In this document: positions 23,684-32,623 of the stretch, piece by piece | Layout: each line of letters starts with the position of its first letter | Position numbering within the stretch: the stretch's first letter is position 1 | Origin: a virus | Taxonomy: Duplodnaviria; Caudoviricetes | DNA length: 56,407 nt | IMG/VR virus record: IMGVR_UViG_3300034407_000510 | Location: 1-56,407 of that record | Strand: one strand, 5' to 3' | The notes under the pieces: model-generated | What the model saw: only the letters and a program-made list of their open reading frames with translations | Database searches by the model: none | What the model was told of the DNA's origin: nothing | Program-made: the position numbers and the translations under genes

Positions 23684-25531
23684 TCATTTTATATTACCCC
23701 AATTTGGTCCAGATTCATAGTCTACTTTGTTGGGTACTTCTAATTCAACAGCAGACTCCATAATATCTTTTATCTTTGCAGCTTCCAAAGGGTTAACAAC
23801 AGATATATCAAGTTCATCGTGCACTTGTATATGTGGTGTGATGCCTTCTTTATGTAATTCTACCATTGCTTTCTTTGTCATGTCAGCAGCTGATCCTTGT
23901 ATCAATCTATTCAAAGCTTTGTATGTATATGCTCGTTTGATCCCTGGTCCGTGTTCCGCGAGCGCTTCTTCGTGTGGCAATGCTTTATGTATACCAAACT
24001 GATTAGGCTCCCATAAATCAAACCTACATCTTCGACCTAGTAAAGTTCTAATTCTACCCCTGTCCTGTGCTCTACGCATAACACTTTCCATCAACATTTT
24101 TACAAAAGGGACTTTGTCATGGTACGTTCTAAACAGATCTTCAGCGTTCTCTTTTGATACACCCAGCTCTGCTTGTAATTTATTTTTACCCATACCATAA
24201 AACAAACCAAGGTTTATAGTCTTCGCTTGTGATCTTGGTATGTTAGCCATCTCAGCTACAATCTGGTGAAAGTCTGCTTCACCACCTTTGTATGCATCTA
24301 ATACTTCTTCTACACCATACAAACCATCGAGAGCTGCGTAGTGTGTAACTAGACGTGGTTCTTGTTGTGAGTAATCAAAGCAACCCCACGTCATACCTTC
24401 TTCAGGTATAAACAAACTTCTGATCCGTGGTCCGAGTTCCTTGTTCCGTGCTGGTATCTGCTGTAAGTTTGGATTGTTGTAACTGAATCGTCCTGTTACA
24501 GTTCCACCTTGATCTGATCTTATCTGATTGATCTCAGCATGTATTCTACCATTGTGTGAGTGTTTTAATATTGTATCTATAAATGTTGTATGTGATTTGT
24601 TTATCTCTCTTGCATGTGCAATTGCTTTTACAACAGGATCAGTTTGATTCTGTAAAAAGTTTTTAGTAAAACTTGGTGCACCTGTCTTAGCTGTACGTTC
24701 AAATGGTAAGTTTCTTTTCTTAAATACTTCAGCAATACTTCTCGCTGCCCATATCTGTACATCAATACCAGTTTCTTTGTACACTTGCTGTAGACATTGT
24801 TTTTCTTCAGCAACTAATTCTTCTTTGAGTCTGTGAGCTGCATCCATATCAACACGTACACCCAAGAATCTCATGTCAACAAGACATGGAAATAATTCTG
24901 TTTCAAGATTGAAGATGTCTTCTATGTCTTGGCTCATGATTTCTTTTTTCATCTCTTGCCAAAGTTTTAGTGTCAACACTGCGTCTTGCTCTGCATACTC
25001 ACCAACATACATTGCAGGCAGTTTATACATCTCAGACTTAGCATCAATGCCCCAATGGTCTGCAGTTTCCTTCAATACAGCCTCATTTTTGCCGATTCCG
25101 ACGTAATCCCGACCCAAACTACCTAAATCGTATCGATAGCGATTCTCGTCCACGAGAGAGCCAGCAATCATGGTATCTACGATGGTACCCTGTATTTCAT
25201 ACCTTTCAGCCCTTAAAAAGCATACATCGTACATAGCATTGTGAAATATCTTGGTTGCAGGTGTTTTTAGTACATCTGAGAACCATCTTGTGACCATCCC
25301 ATGGTCCATGTTACCACCACCCTCATGACGTATTGGATAGTATCCGGCCCAGTCATGCACAGCTACGGCTATACCTACAATGTTTCCTCTACCGGTTACA
25401 GATCCAGAACCCATAGTTTTTAGTTCCGGGTCTTTTGTCTCCAAGTCAATTGCAATCTCATCATACTTTGATAGATCAGGAAAAGACTCTGGTGGTATCC
25501 ATTCTGTTTGTGGTTTAAATATTGGTTTCAT
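23684..25531 (-). CDS. polA: Family A DNA polymerase with 3'-5' exonuclease (Leu762 type)
   Basis: DLET exonuclease motif, HNAMYD, TGRFS..PNLQQIP, DYSQQEPR, AKTINLGLFYGMG, QVHDEL. Confidence 0.95.
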   Translation of the reverse strand: MKPIFKPQTEWIPPESFPDLSKYDEIAIDLETKDPELKTMGSGSVTGRGNIVGIAVAVHDWAGYYPIRHEGGGNMDHGMVTRWFSDVLKTPATKIFHNAMYDVCFLRAERYEIQGTIVDTMIAGSLVDENRYRYDLGSLGRDYVGIGKNEAVLKETADHWGIDAKSEMYKLPAMYVGEYAEQDAVLTLKLWQEMKKEIMSQDIEDIFNLETELFPCLVDMRFLGVRVDMDAAHRLKEELVAEEKQCLQQVYKETGIDVQIWAARSIAEVFKKRNLPFERTAKTGAPSFTKNFLQNQTDPVVKAIAHAREINKSHTTFIDTILKHSHNGRIHAEINQIRSDQGGTVTGRFSYNNPNLQQIPARNKELGPRIRSLFIPEEGMTWGCFDYSQQEPRLVTHYAALDGLYGVEEVLDAYKGGEADFHQIVAEMANIPRSQAKTINLGLFYGMGKNKLQAELGVSKENAEDLFRTYHDKVPFVKMLMESVMRRAQDRGRIRTLLGRRCRFDLWEPNQFGIHKALPHEEALAEHGPGIKRAYTYKALNRLIQGSAADMTKKAMVELHKEGITPHIQVHDELDISVVNPLEAAKIKDIMESAVELEVPNKVDYESGPNWGNIK

Positions 25532-25770
25532 TTCTTCATGTCTTTCATTTTTTTAATTTCTAAATCACAATAGTGTTTAATCTTCTCAAGATCTTCTATA
25601 CCATTTTTGTACAAATATCTACAAACATATTTTACAACGTTGCCTTGAAAGAACGATAAATCATTCTTTGAAATAAATTCGTAAGGTTGAATGTGAAAAT
25701 CTTTGTAGTGACTTCCGCCTATCTGCTTGTCTTGAGGAAATGCATCCTCCAACATATTTTTATCTGTCAT
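25528..25770 (-). CDS. DUF3310-family protein
   Basis: QIGGSHY...GNVVKYVCRY..KNGIEDLEKIKHY; start moved to the ATGA overlap. Confidence 0.85.
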   Translation of the reverse strand: MTDKNMLEDAFPQDKQIGGSHYKDFHIQPYEFISKNDLSFFQGNVVKYVCRYLYKNGIEDLEKIKHYCDLEIKKMKDMKK

Positions 25771-27251
25771 AGATTGTAAGCCTTTCTTGTTTGTGGTTCG
25801 ATTATGTATAAGTTTCTTTCTGTTCTTGTACATGCAACATAAAATAGTCTGTTCATGTCATCAGAGTTTTTTTGATACTCATCAAACGCTGCACCGGCTA
25901 AATCTGTAGTCACAACTACATTCTCTCTTTCATTACCCTTGACACCATGTATCGTAGATATTTTTATTCTAGGATTTTTAGTTAAGTCCTCACCAGAATC
26001 TATTAATTTTTTAATCTTTGTTATGTGTTGGTCACCTAATTCATCTAAAGCTTCATACCATTCAGCTTCTGTTTGTAATCCATATTTTTCTTTCAAAGTA
26101 TCAATGTCATAGAAACCATCTTTGATCATACTTTTAAATAACTTCTTGTCCCAGTTCTTACTCATCTTGTTAAATATTTTTTTACAATCGTTGTATGGTA
26201 AAGGTACACCTGTTCGTAACTCATTCCATTTCTGTATGATTGTGTATAAATTTTTTATTGCAGGTGTGGAGTTTCTTCTCTGCCAATACAAATTTTTTTC
26301 ATCAAGTATGTTGCCTATCTCTGGTAACATATAGTTAGCTTGTGCTAATACTAGCCACTTACCTTGTTTAAAGTTTACATCGTGTAAAGTATTACATCGT
26401 TGTACAGATCCTTCATCTTCTTTTGGTAACCATTCTTTTTCTACTCTGTTTGTGACTCGTTTAATTAATCTGTTAGCTAATGCAAAAGGTTTTTGTGGAA
26501 CCCTTTGTGATTGTTGTAGTACAGTTCTTTCACCTTCTAAATTTATAAATGTATTTACATGTGCACCATTCCATTTATATATAGCCTGGTCATCATCACC
26601 TGATATGTATGAGTCTTGTGATCTCTCTTCTATCTTTTTTACTAACCTCCATTGTATCAAACTTAGATCTTGTGCTTCGTCAACAAACATAACTCGTAGT
26701 CTTGGTGACTCACCACTATCTAAAAATTTTTCTAGCATGTCAGGAAAGTCAATCAAACCATTTTGTTCTTTGTATCTTTCTAATTCTTCTACAATTATTT
26801 CTAATTTGTTTAGTGATATCTTTGAGTTGTTTGCAAGATGATAAAACTTTATAGGATCTAATTCTTTTGATCGTGCTAAATTTATCATTTGTATGTATGG
26901 ATCTGTAGAATAAAACACACCATCATAGTCTTCATCTTGTTTTTGATTAAAGTCTAATTCTATTTCCATCTTCTCTGATAATTCTCTGTAATGCTTTGGT
27001 TGCATCACCTGGTTTTTATTTATACCCAACTGATTAAAACAAAATGAATGTAGTGTTTGAAAGTATGGTAGATCATCGTAAGATAATTTAAATTTATCTA
27101 CAGCTCTTTGTTTACCTTCTCCTGCAGCATTCTTACTAAATGTAAAATAACCTATTTGATCTGGTGGTGTTGTTTCTAAAAATTTTTCTATGTGTCCAAG
27201 TAATGTGTGTGTTTTACCTGTACCTGGAGGACCATAAATTATATATCGCAT
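25767..27251 (-). CDS. UvrD/Rep-like SF1 helicase
   Basis: GPPGTGKT, VDEAQD, GDDDQAIY, STIHGVKG, YVACTR. Confidence 0.9.
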   Translation of the reverse strand: MRYIIYGPPGTGKTHTLLGHIEKFLETTPPDQIGYFTFSKNAAGEGKQRAVDKFKLSYDDLPYFQTLHSFCFNQLGINKNQVMQPKHYRELSEKMEIELDFNQKQDEDYDGVFYSTDPYIQMINLARSKELDPIKFYHLANNSKISLNKLEIIVEELERYKEQNGLIDFPDMLEKFLDSGESPRLRVMFVDEAQDLSLIQWRLVKKIEERSQDSYISGDDDQAIYKWNGAHVNTFINLEGERTVLQQSQRVPQKPFALANRLIKRVTNRVEKEWLPKEDEGSVQRCNTLHDVNFKQGKWLVLAQANYMLPEIGNILDEKNLYWQRRNSTPAIKNLYTIIQKWNELRTGVPLPYNDCKKIFNKMSKNWDKKLFKSMIKDGFYDIDTLKEKYGLQTEAEWYEALDELGDQHITKIKKLIDSGEDLTKNPRIKISTIHGVKGNERENVVVTTDLAGAAFDEYQKNSDDMNRLFYVACTRTERNLYIIEPQTRKAYNL

Positions 27252-28744
27252 TAATAGTTCTCCTGCTTAAATGTTTTTGGTTTGTATGTTTCAGTCTTCT
27301 TGTCAAATCTAGCCACAACAAATACAGATAGTTTGTGTCTACCTACACGTTTAGTTGTACAGTTTAGATTGTCTTTCAACATCTGTGATGTTCTTTGATA
27401 TGGCACCTTCCAATGCTTTCTTGATAGATAGTTGTTGAAGAAGTTGTCAAACACAAAGTGATGATAGCCATCTTTGGTATACGTACCACCGTTACGTAGA
27501 TCTTCGTAGTCATCTTTCTGTATTCTGTTTACACAATAATCTTCTAAATAATTTCTCAGTATATCTTTTGTGCTTGTACCTTCTGCAGGTTCTGTGATCT
27601 CTGCGTTTGTTAACAGTATGTTTGTGAGTTTCTTCCAATCATTTGTCTTCAGTGTTGGTGGATTCAATCGTAATTGCTTCACACATTCTTCTTGAAACAT
27701 AGTCTGGTTTGTTAAATGTTTTGCTGAATCTAAATATAATCTGTCACCATCTACGTTCATGTAATAGTATGGCTCTTCCAGGTTAACGACTTGTAAGTCT
27801 GTAAGATTAGGAAAGATAGCTTCTTGACCTATACCAAACTTTCTAGATTTACATAATTTTTTATCACACAAACTACACATTGGTTGATCATTACATTTGT
27901 ATCCCCAATCTTTTTTATCATGTTGTTTTATAACTATATTTACTTCTGTGTCAGACAATGGTTGTTCCATCGCTGACTCATTGAATATCATTATTTTTGT
28001 TTTCCAATTCTCTGGCCATTTAGATTTTGCATACACACCATAATGAAACAATGCATTGTTTCTACCACCTTCACCTATTTTATTTTCTGCCATTAATTCT
28101 ATACAAGGTGGTCCATCAGAGTATGGTGTCTCTGGTCTTTTAATTTCTATTGTGCTGATGTCTTGTTGTTTATATCTTTCGTATAGTTCAAAAAAACTTT
28201 CTATAGTAGCAGCTTCGCCACTCTCAAGAAAGGCATATCTTGTTGTTTGACTACAATTAAAGTATGGTAAATTTAAAAAATTTCCTGTATCATCTTTGGA
28301 TTTTAATTCTCTTTGTTTCGGAAATACTTCTGATCCACCATAACCTAATACAGATCTAATCTCATTTAATTTATCTTGCATCAAACTTGCTGACACATAA
28401 TCTTCTGTAAATAAAAATACGTGCGCACCACCTGACTTTGATCTACAAACTATTAGTGGTAAGTTGAATTGTTTTATCTTGTTAATTAATTTCTTGTGAT
28501 CAAAACCTGCGTATGAATCTATATCAATACAACCCCATTTACATTTGTTATCATCGTTAATTGGTATGACACCTAAACTGTCTTTACCATCTAAATGTTT
28601 TTGCCATAGATTATCTGTGACTGGTTCACGTTTGACAAACGATTTACCTTTAATCTTGTTACCGTCACCATTTGATTCACCAACTAAAGTGACACCATGC
28701 GCACGGTCTAATCCTTCAAATATATTTTTAAATCTTTCTATCAT
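27251..28744 (-). CDS. AEP-family primase with a PriCT-like domain
   Basis: CIDID, RSKSGGAH, GNFLNLPY, GPPC...EGGRNNALF, C-x4-C-x2-C-x4-C cluster. Confidence 0.85.
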   Translation of the reverse strand: MIERFKNIFEGLDRAHGVTLVGESNGDGNKIKGKSFVKREPVTDNLWQKHLDGKDSLGVIPINDDNKCKWGCIDIDSYAGFDHKKLINKIKQFNLPLIVCRSKSGGAHVFLFTEDYVSASLMQDKLNEIRSVLGYGGSEVFPKQRELKSKDDTGNFLNLPYFNCSQTTRYAFLESGEAATIESFFELYERYKQQDISTIEIKRPETPYSDGPPCIELMAENKIGEGGRNNALFHYGVYAKSKWPENWKTKIMIFNESAMEQPLSDTEVNIVIKQHDKKDWGYKCNDQPMCSLCDKKLCKSRKFGIGQEAIFPNLTDLQVVNLEEPYYYMNVDGDRLYLDSAKHLTNQTMFQEECVKQLRLNPPTLKTNDWKKLTNILLTNAEITEPAEGTSTKDILRNYLEDYCVNRIQKDDYEDLRNGGTYTKDGYHHFVFDNFFNNYLSRKHWKVPYQRTSQMLKDNLNCTTKRVGRHKLSVFVVARFDKKTETYKPKTFKQENY

Positions 28745-28754
28745 ACAAAATAAA

Positions 28755-28788
28755 AGTGGGCGTCTCCACTCTCGCTTAGACGCCCACT
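28755..28788 (-). terminator. Rho-independent terminator
   Basis: 11-bp stem AGTGGGCGTCT/AGACGCCCACT followed on the minus strand by TTTATTTT. Confidence 0.75.
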
Positions 28789-28798
28789 ACCTAGGATT

Positions 28799-29551
28799 CT
28801 AGTAATTAGAAGAAGTTTTTGTATTTTCTTCGCTACCGTGTTTAGCTTGGATCTCACCCTTACCTACAGATTCAGCAAATGCTTTAGCCATGTCATACTC
28901 AGATTTTTCTGTGACAGGACCAACCTTTGTTACATCCCAACCAAACCATGTTCCTTTGTCATTAGACATCTGAACAGTAGATAGATTATAAATGTGGCTG
29001 TAAGTAGGCGGAGTAAACAAACCATTCTTACCCTGCATTTTAATACCCATCATCATTGAGTTCCACTTTCTACTCACTTTTAATTGAGTAGACTTCATAG
29101 ATATCAATGCTGTCTGAGGATTATTACCTAATACAAGTACAAAGTGATTAGCAGTGTTATCAAGATAATTACCGTTTGGTAATCTATCTTTGTAGTCTTT
29201 ACCTCTAGTGGTTTGACTAACAATATCACTATCTGCTTCATGAATTGCTACAGGTGCACCTGTGCTGGTACCTCTGTCTGCCCACTCAATGTATTGTCTT
29301 TTGTAATGGCAAGGAATTACGGAAATCATATCGTACAAATCATTCGTAACAGTATTTATGATTTTTCCTGGTTCTGCGCCTTCGACGTATTTACCATCAC
29401 GCTTATTAACTTCAGGTGATAGTTGGCCCAAAATTTTTAAGAAAGGCAACGCAAGATCTTCTTGCGATATATTTTGAGCGCCTTGTGCTGCATCAGCTTC
29501 AAATAAATTTGTAGCTAGTGCTCCTTCTTTTTTTGTTGTTACTTGGTTCAT
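28799..29551 (-). CDS. Putative ssDNA-binding protein
   Basis: DLALPFLKILGQLSPEV, MKSTQLKVSRKWNS, NDKGTWFGW; upstream of the primase. Confidence 0.65.
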   Translation of the reverse strand: MNQVTTKKEGALATNLFEADAAQGAQNISQEDLALPFLKILGQLSPEVNKRDGKYVEGAEPGKIINTVTNDLYDMISVIPCHYKRQYIEWADRGTSTGAPVAIHEADSDIVSQTTRGKDYKDRLPNGNYLDNTANHFVLVLGNNPQTALISMKSTQLKVSRKWNSMMMGIKMQGKNGLFTPPTYSHIYNLSTVQMSNDKGTWFGWDVTKVGPVTEKSEYDMAKAFAESVGKGEIQAKHGSEENTKTSSNY

Positions 29552-29552
29552 G

Positions 29553-30104
29553 TTACTTGTTCCTTTTTATTGTTGTCTTATTCTCTGAGAATATCCCAAA
29601 GATTTCCGTTGGCATTTCTTTACCTGCCTCAATACGCTCACGGACGAGCGCTTTCAGAGTCATGGGTTCTACCTTCATCTTTTGTGTTGGTTGGAACCCT
29701 TGACCCTTCGCAAGTTCAGCATAAGTTGCTGCCTTGTTGTCCTCGTTACGACCGAATGATACTGAGATCTCGTTCTTAATTATATCACCCAGTCCATTGT
29801 TACGAAGCCAGTTAAACGCCGCCTCTTTATTTGCTTCAGTAATTGTAGCACGATACGACGTTGAAACTTTTAGATGTGATCCATCTTGCAGTTTAAGTTC
29901 TGCAAGTCCCATCTCACTCATCATAGTGGGTATTACCTCACCTGATATACGTTGATATTCTTTTTTTAAATTTTTTAGATTGTCCTCACTCTTTTCTATT
30001 CTTGAGAGCAATCCCTCTAGTCTTTGTACTTGATCTGCAAGAGACTGAATGTGTTCAGTCTTTGTCATTGCATCTTGTTGATCTGCTTCAAAATTAATTG
30101 CCAT
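29553..30104 (-). CDS. Conserved replication-module protein
   Basis: GAAAGGAG SD; coiled coil, AFNWLRNNGLGDIIKN, VEPMTLKA. Confidence 0.75.
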   Translation of the reverse strand: MAINFEADQQDAMTKTEHIQSLADQVQRLEGLLSRIEKSEDNLKNLKKEYQRISGEVIPTMMSEMGLAELKLQDGSHLKVSTSYRATITEANKEAAFNWLRNNGLGDIIKNEISVSFGRNEDNKAATYAELAKGQGFQPTQKMKVEPMTLKALVRERIEAGKEMPTEIFGIFSENKTTIKRNK

Positions 30105-30489
30105 CTATTTCTCCTTTCTCGTATAAATTAATAGCAATAGGATAATACTTTCTTTCTTGTTTATCCCATTTTAACACATTGTATTTACCATGTGTTATGT
30201 CAGATACAATAGAACATGCAACACCTATGATTGCAGGATCACCTGTTAGTAATAAATAATCTCTAACTTTATAATCTTTAAGTCCTTGTCTTAACTTATA
30301 AATAAGTGGACCAGGAGAAAAAATCATTTGTGAAAACTCTGGTAGTAAAAATTTAAATTGTCCGTATTGAGACGCACCCATAATATTTATTTTAGGATTG
30401 CCTGCTTGTGTTCCAGGAATTTCCTGTATCACATATACAGTAGACGTATAATTATTTTTTATACTTTCGTATTTATTACTTTCTGACAT
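30094..30489 (-). CDS. Hypothetical protein (DYLLLTGDP family), probably leaderless
   Basis: ATG lies 6 nt after a TATGAT -10 box. Confidence 0.7.
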   Translation of the reverse strand: MSESNKYESIKNNYTSTVYVIQEIPGTQAGNPKINIMGASQYGQFKFLLPEFSQMIFSPGPLIYKLRQGLKDYKVRDYLLLTGDPAIIGVACSIVSDITHGKYNVLKWDKQERKYYPIAINLYEKGEIDGN

Positions 30490-30525
30490 TGACAAATCAT
30501 ATAACATCCTTTATATTTATGTCAA
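30489..30525. promoter_or_regulatory. Overlapping divergent promoters
   Basis: Plus: TTGACA(30489)-17-TATATT; minus: TTGACA(30525)-18-TATGAT. Confidence 0.75.
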
Positions 30526-30543
30526 TAGAAAGAAGAAAATAAA

Positions 30544-31974
30544 ATGAATTATAAATTTAAAACCAAGCCATATGCACATCAATTAACTGCATTGGAAAAA
30601 TCTTGGAACAAAGAAAACTTTGCGTACTTTATGGAAATGGGTACGGGTAAAACAAAAGTATTGATTGATAATCTTGCTATGTTGTATGACAAAGGCAAGA
30701 TAGACGGTGCTTTAATTATTGCACCAAAAGGTGTTGTTAAAACTTGGTACGAACAAGAATTACCTACGCACTTACCTAATCATATAGAAAATGTAACTGT
30801 GTTATGGCAATCTAATATTACAAAAGCACAACAAGAAAAATTAGAAACATTGTTTGAAATAGAAACTGCGTTTCATGTTTTAATTATGAATGTTGAAGCT
30901 TTATCTACAGATAAAGGTGTAAAGTTTGCAACTAAGTTTTTAAACTCACACAAAGTTATGATGGCAATTGACGAGTCTACTACTATTAAGACACCTACAG
31001 CACAAAGAACTAAAAACATTATAAGACTAGGTGACCTTGCTAAATATAAAAGAATAATGACAGGTTCTCCTATAACAAAAAATCCTTTGGATCTATACAC
31101 TCAATGTTATTTTTTAGATCCTTATTTATTAGATCATGCATCGTATTATTCTTTTAGAAATAGATATGCTATTATGAAAACAATGCACGTAAGAGGTAGA
31201 TCAATACAAGTGGTGCACAAATTTCAAAACTTATCAGAGTTATCTGACAAAGTAAAAGATTTTTCTTATAGAGTATTGAAAGAAGATTGTTTAGATTTGC
31301 CACCAAAAAATTTTATTAAACGTCATATACAGTTAACACCTGCACAAAAGAAAGTGTATGAACAAATGAAGAAAGCAGCTATGGCTGTATTAAATGGTAA
31401 AGTATCTACAACTATGACTGTATTAACACAGCTAATGCGTTTACATCAAATTACTTGTGGTCATTTTACTGCTGATGATGGTTCAGAACAACAAGTTGAA
31501 AGTAATAGAATGCCAGAGCTGATGTCCATACTTGAAGACATGGATGGTAAAGCTATTATATGGGCTAACTATCAGAAAGATATAAAAGGAATTATAGAAG
31601 AGATAACTAAAAAATATGGTCCGGGATCCGTGGTTGATTATTATGGATTAACTGCACAAGAAGATAGACAAGATAATATTCGTAAGTTTCAAAATAATCC
31701 TGAGTGTAGATTCTTAGTTGGTACACCACAAACAGGTGGATATGGTATTACACTTACACAGGCTAACACCGTAATTTATTATTCTAATGGTTACGACCTA
31801 GAAAAGAGACTGCAATCAGAAGACAGAGCACACAGAATAGGACAAAAGAAGACAGTAACCTATATCGATCTGATTTGCGAGGACACCGTCGATGAGAAGA
31901 TTGTGAAGGCTTTAAGAGATAAAATAAATATTGCATCTGAAGTCATGGGTGAAGAATTGAAAGACTGGATTTAA
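30544..31974 (+). CDS. SNF2-family (SF2) helicase
   Basis: MEMGTGKT, IDES, MTGSP, QSEDRAHRIGQ. Confidence 0.9.
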   Translation: MNYKFKTKPYAHQLTALEKSWNKENFAYFMEMGTGKTKVLIDNLAMLYDKGKIDGALIIAPKGVVKTWYEQELPTHLPNHIENVTVLWQSNITKAQQEKLETLFEIETAFHVLIMNVEALSTDKGVKFATKFLNSHKVMMAIDESTTIKTPTAQRTKNIIRLGDLAKYKRIMTGSPITKNPLDLYTQCYFLDPYLLDHASYYSFRNRYAIMKTMHVRGRSIQVVHKFQNLSELSDKVKDFSYRVLKEDCLDLPPKNFIKRHIQLTPAQKKVYEQMKKAAMAVLNGKVSTTMTVLTQLMRLHQITCGHFTADDGSEQQVESNRMPELMSILEDMDGKAIIWANYQKDIKGIIEEITKKYGPGSVVDYYGLTAQEDRQDNIRKFQNNPECRFLVGTPQTGGYGITLTQANTVIYYSNGYDLEKRLQSEDRAHRIGQKKTVTYIDLICEDTVDEKIVKALRDKINIASEVMGEELKDWI

Positions 31975-32447
31975 ACTAGATCTTTTGCTTTTCCAATCAC
32001 AGGTTTGTATTTAGTTTTTCCCTCTGATTTGTATGCGTGCAAGAATTGTTTTCTTGGTTGGTCAGATGTATAGCTGCAATGTATCCATCCACTGTTTGGC
32101 TCACCAGGAGTGTAGAACTCCAATATTAATTGATCGTAGTCTAGGTTTTGATTAATCCAATCTGCTAATTCTGCATTGTCTGTACCCATACATTCGAAGT
32201 CTGCGGCCTCGGCTTTGGCATGTTGGCTGTTGATTGAGCTACCTATTTTTAGACACAGCTGCTCGCTACGGAATCCGCTAGTTACTTTTACTCTGCCGAA
32301 GTGGTCCCGAACAGGTTGTAAAATATTTTCACAAAGTGCTTTTAGTTTTTCTATTTGACCTGAGTTTGGATTGTTATTTATATCCAACCTGATCGCAGTG
32401 TCAGATTTAATTAATTCTTGAAGGGTAAAGTTACGACTTAGATTCAT
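31971..32447 (-). CDS. Peptidase M15 endolysin
   Basis: LSRNFTLQEL, SGFRS, SQHAKAEAAD, WIHCSY. Confidence 0.9.
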   Translation of the reverse strand: MNLSRNFTLQELIKSDTAIRLDINNNPNSGQIEKLKALCENILQPVRDHFGRVKVTSGFRSEQLCLKIGSSINSQHAKAEAADFECMGTDNAELADWINQNLDYDQLILEFYTPGEPNSGWIHCSYTSDQPRKQFLHAYKSEGKTKYKPVIGKAKDLV

Positions 32448-32623
32448 TGTATCATGTTCATGATCAAGGCAAGTATTATAGCTCCGCCTCCACCCATGAT
32501 CATTCTCTCCATCCTTGTTACACGTTCTTTGATTTCTTTTATTTGTTCAAAGGTCTGCTTTTGCATTATTCTGCAAAGCTTTTCGTGATCTTCAATTTTT
32601 TGTAATGCCGATTTTTTTGCCAT
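32444..32623 (-). CDS. Small coiled-coil plus TM protein (holin/XhlA-like, 59 aa)
   Basis: IEDHEKLC...RMERMIMGGGGAIILALIMNMIQ; coupled on both sides. Confidence 0.65.
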   Translation of the reverse strand: MAKKSALQKIEDHEKLCRIMQKQTFEQIKEIKERVTRMERMIMGGGGAIILALIMNMIQ

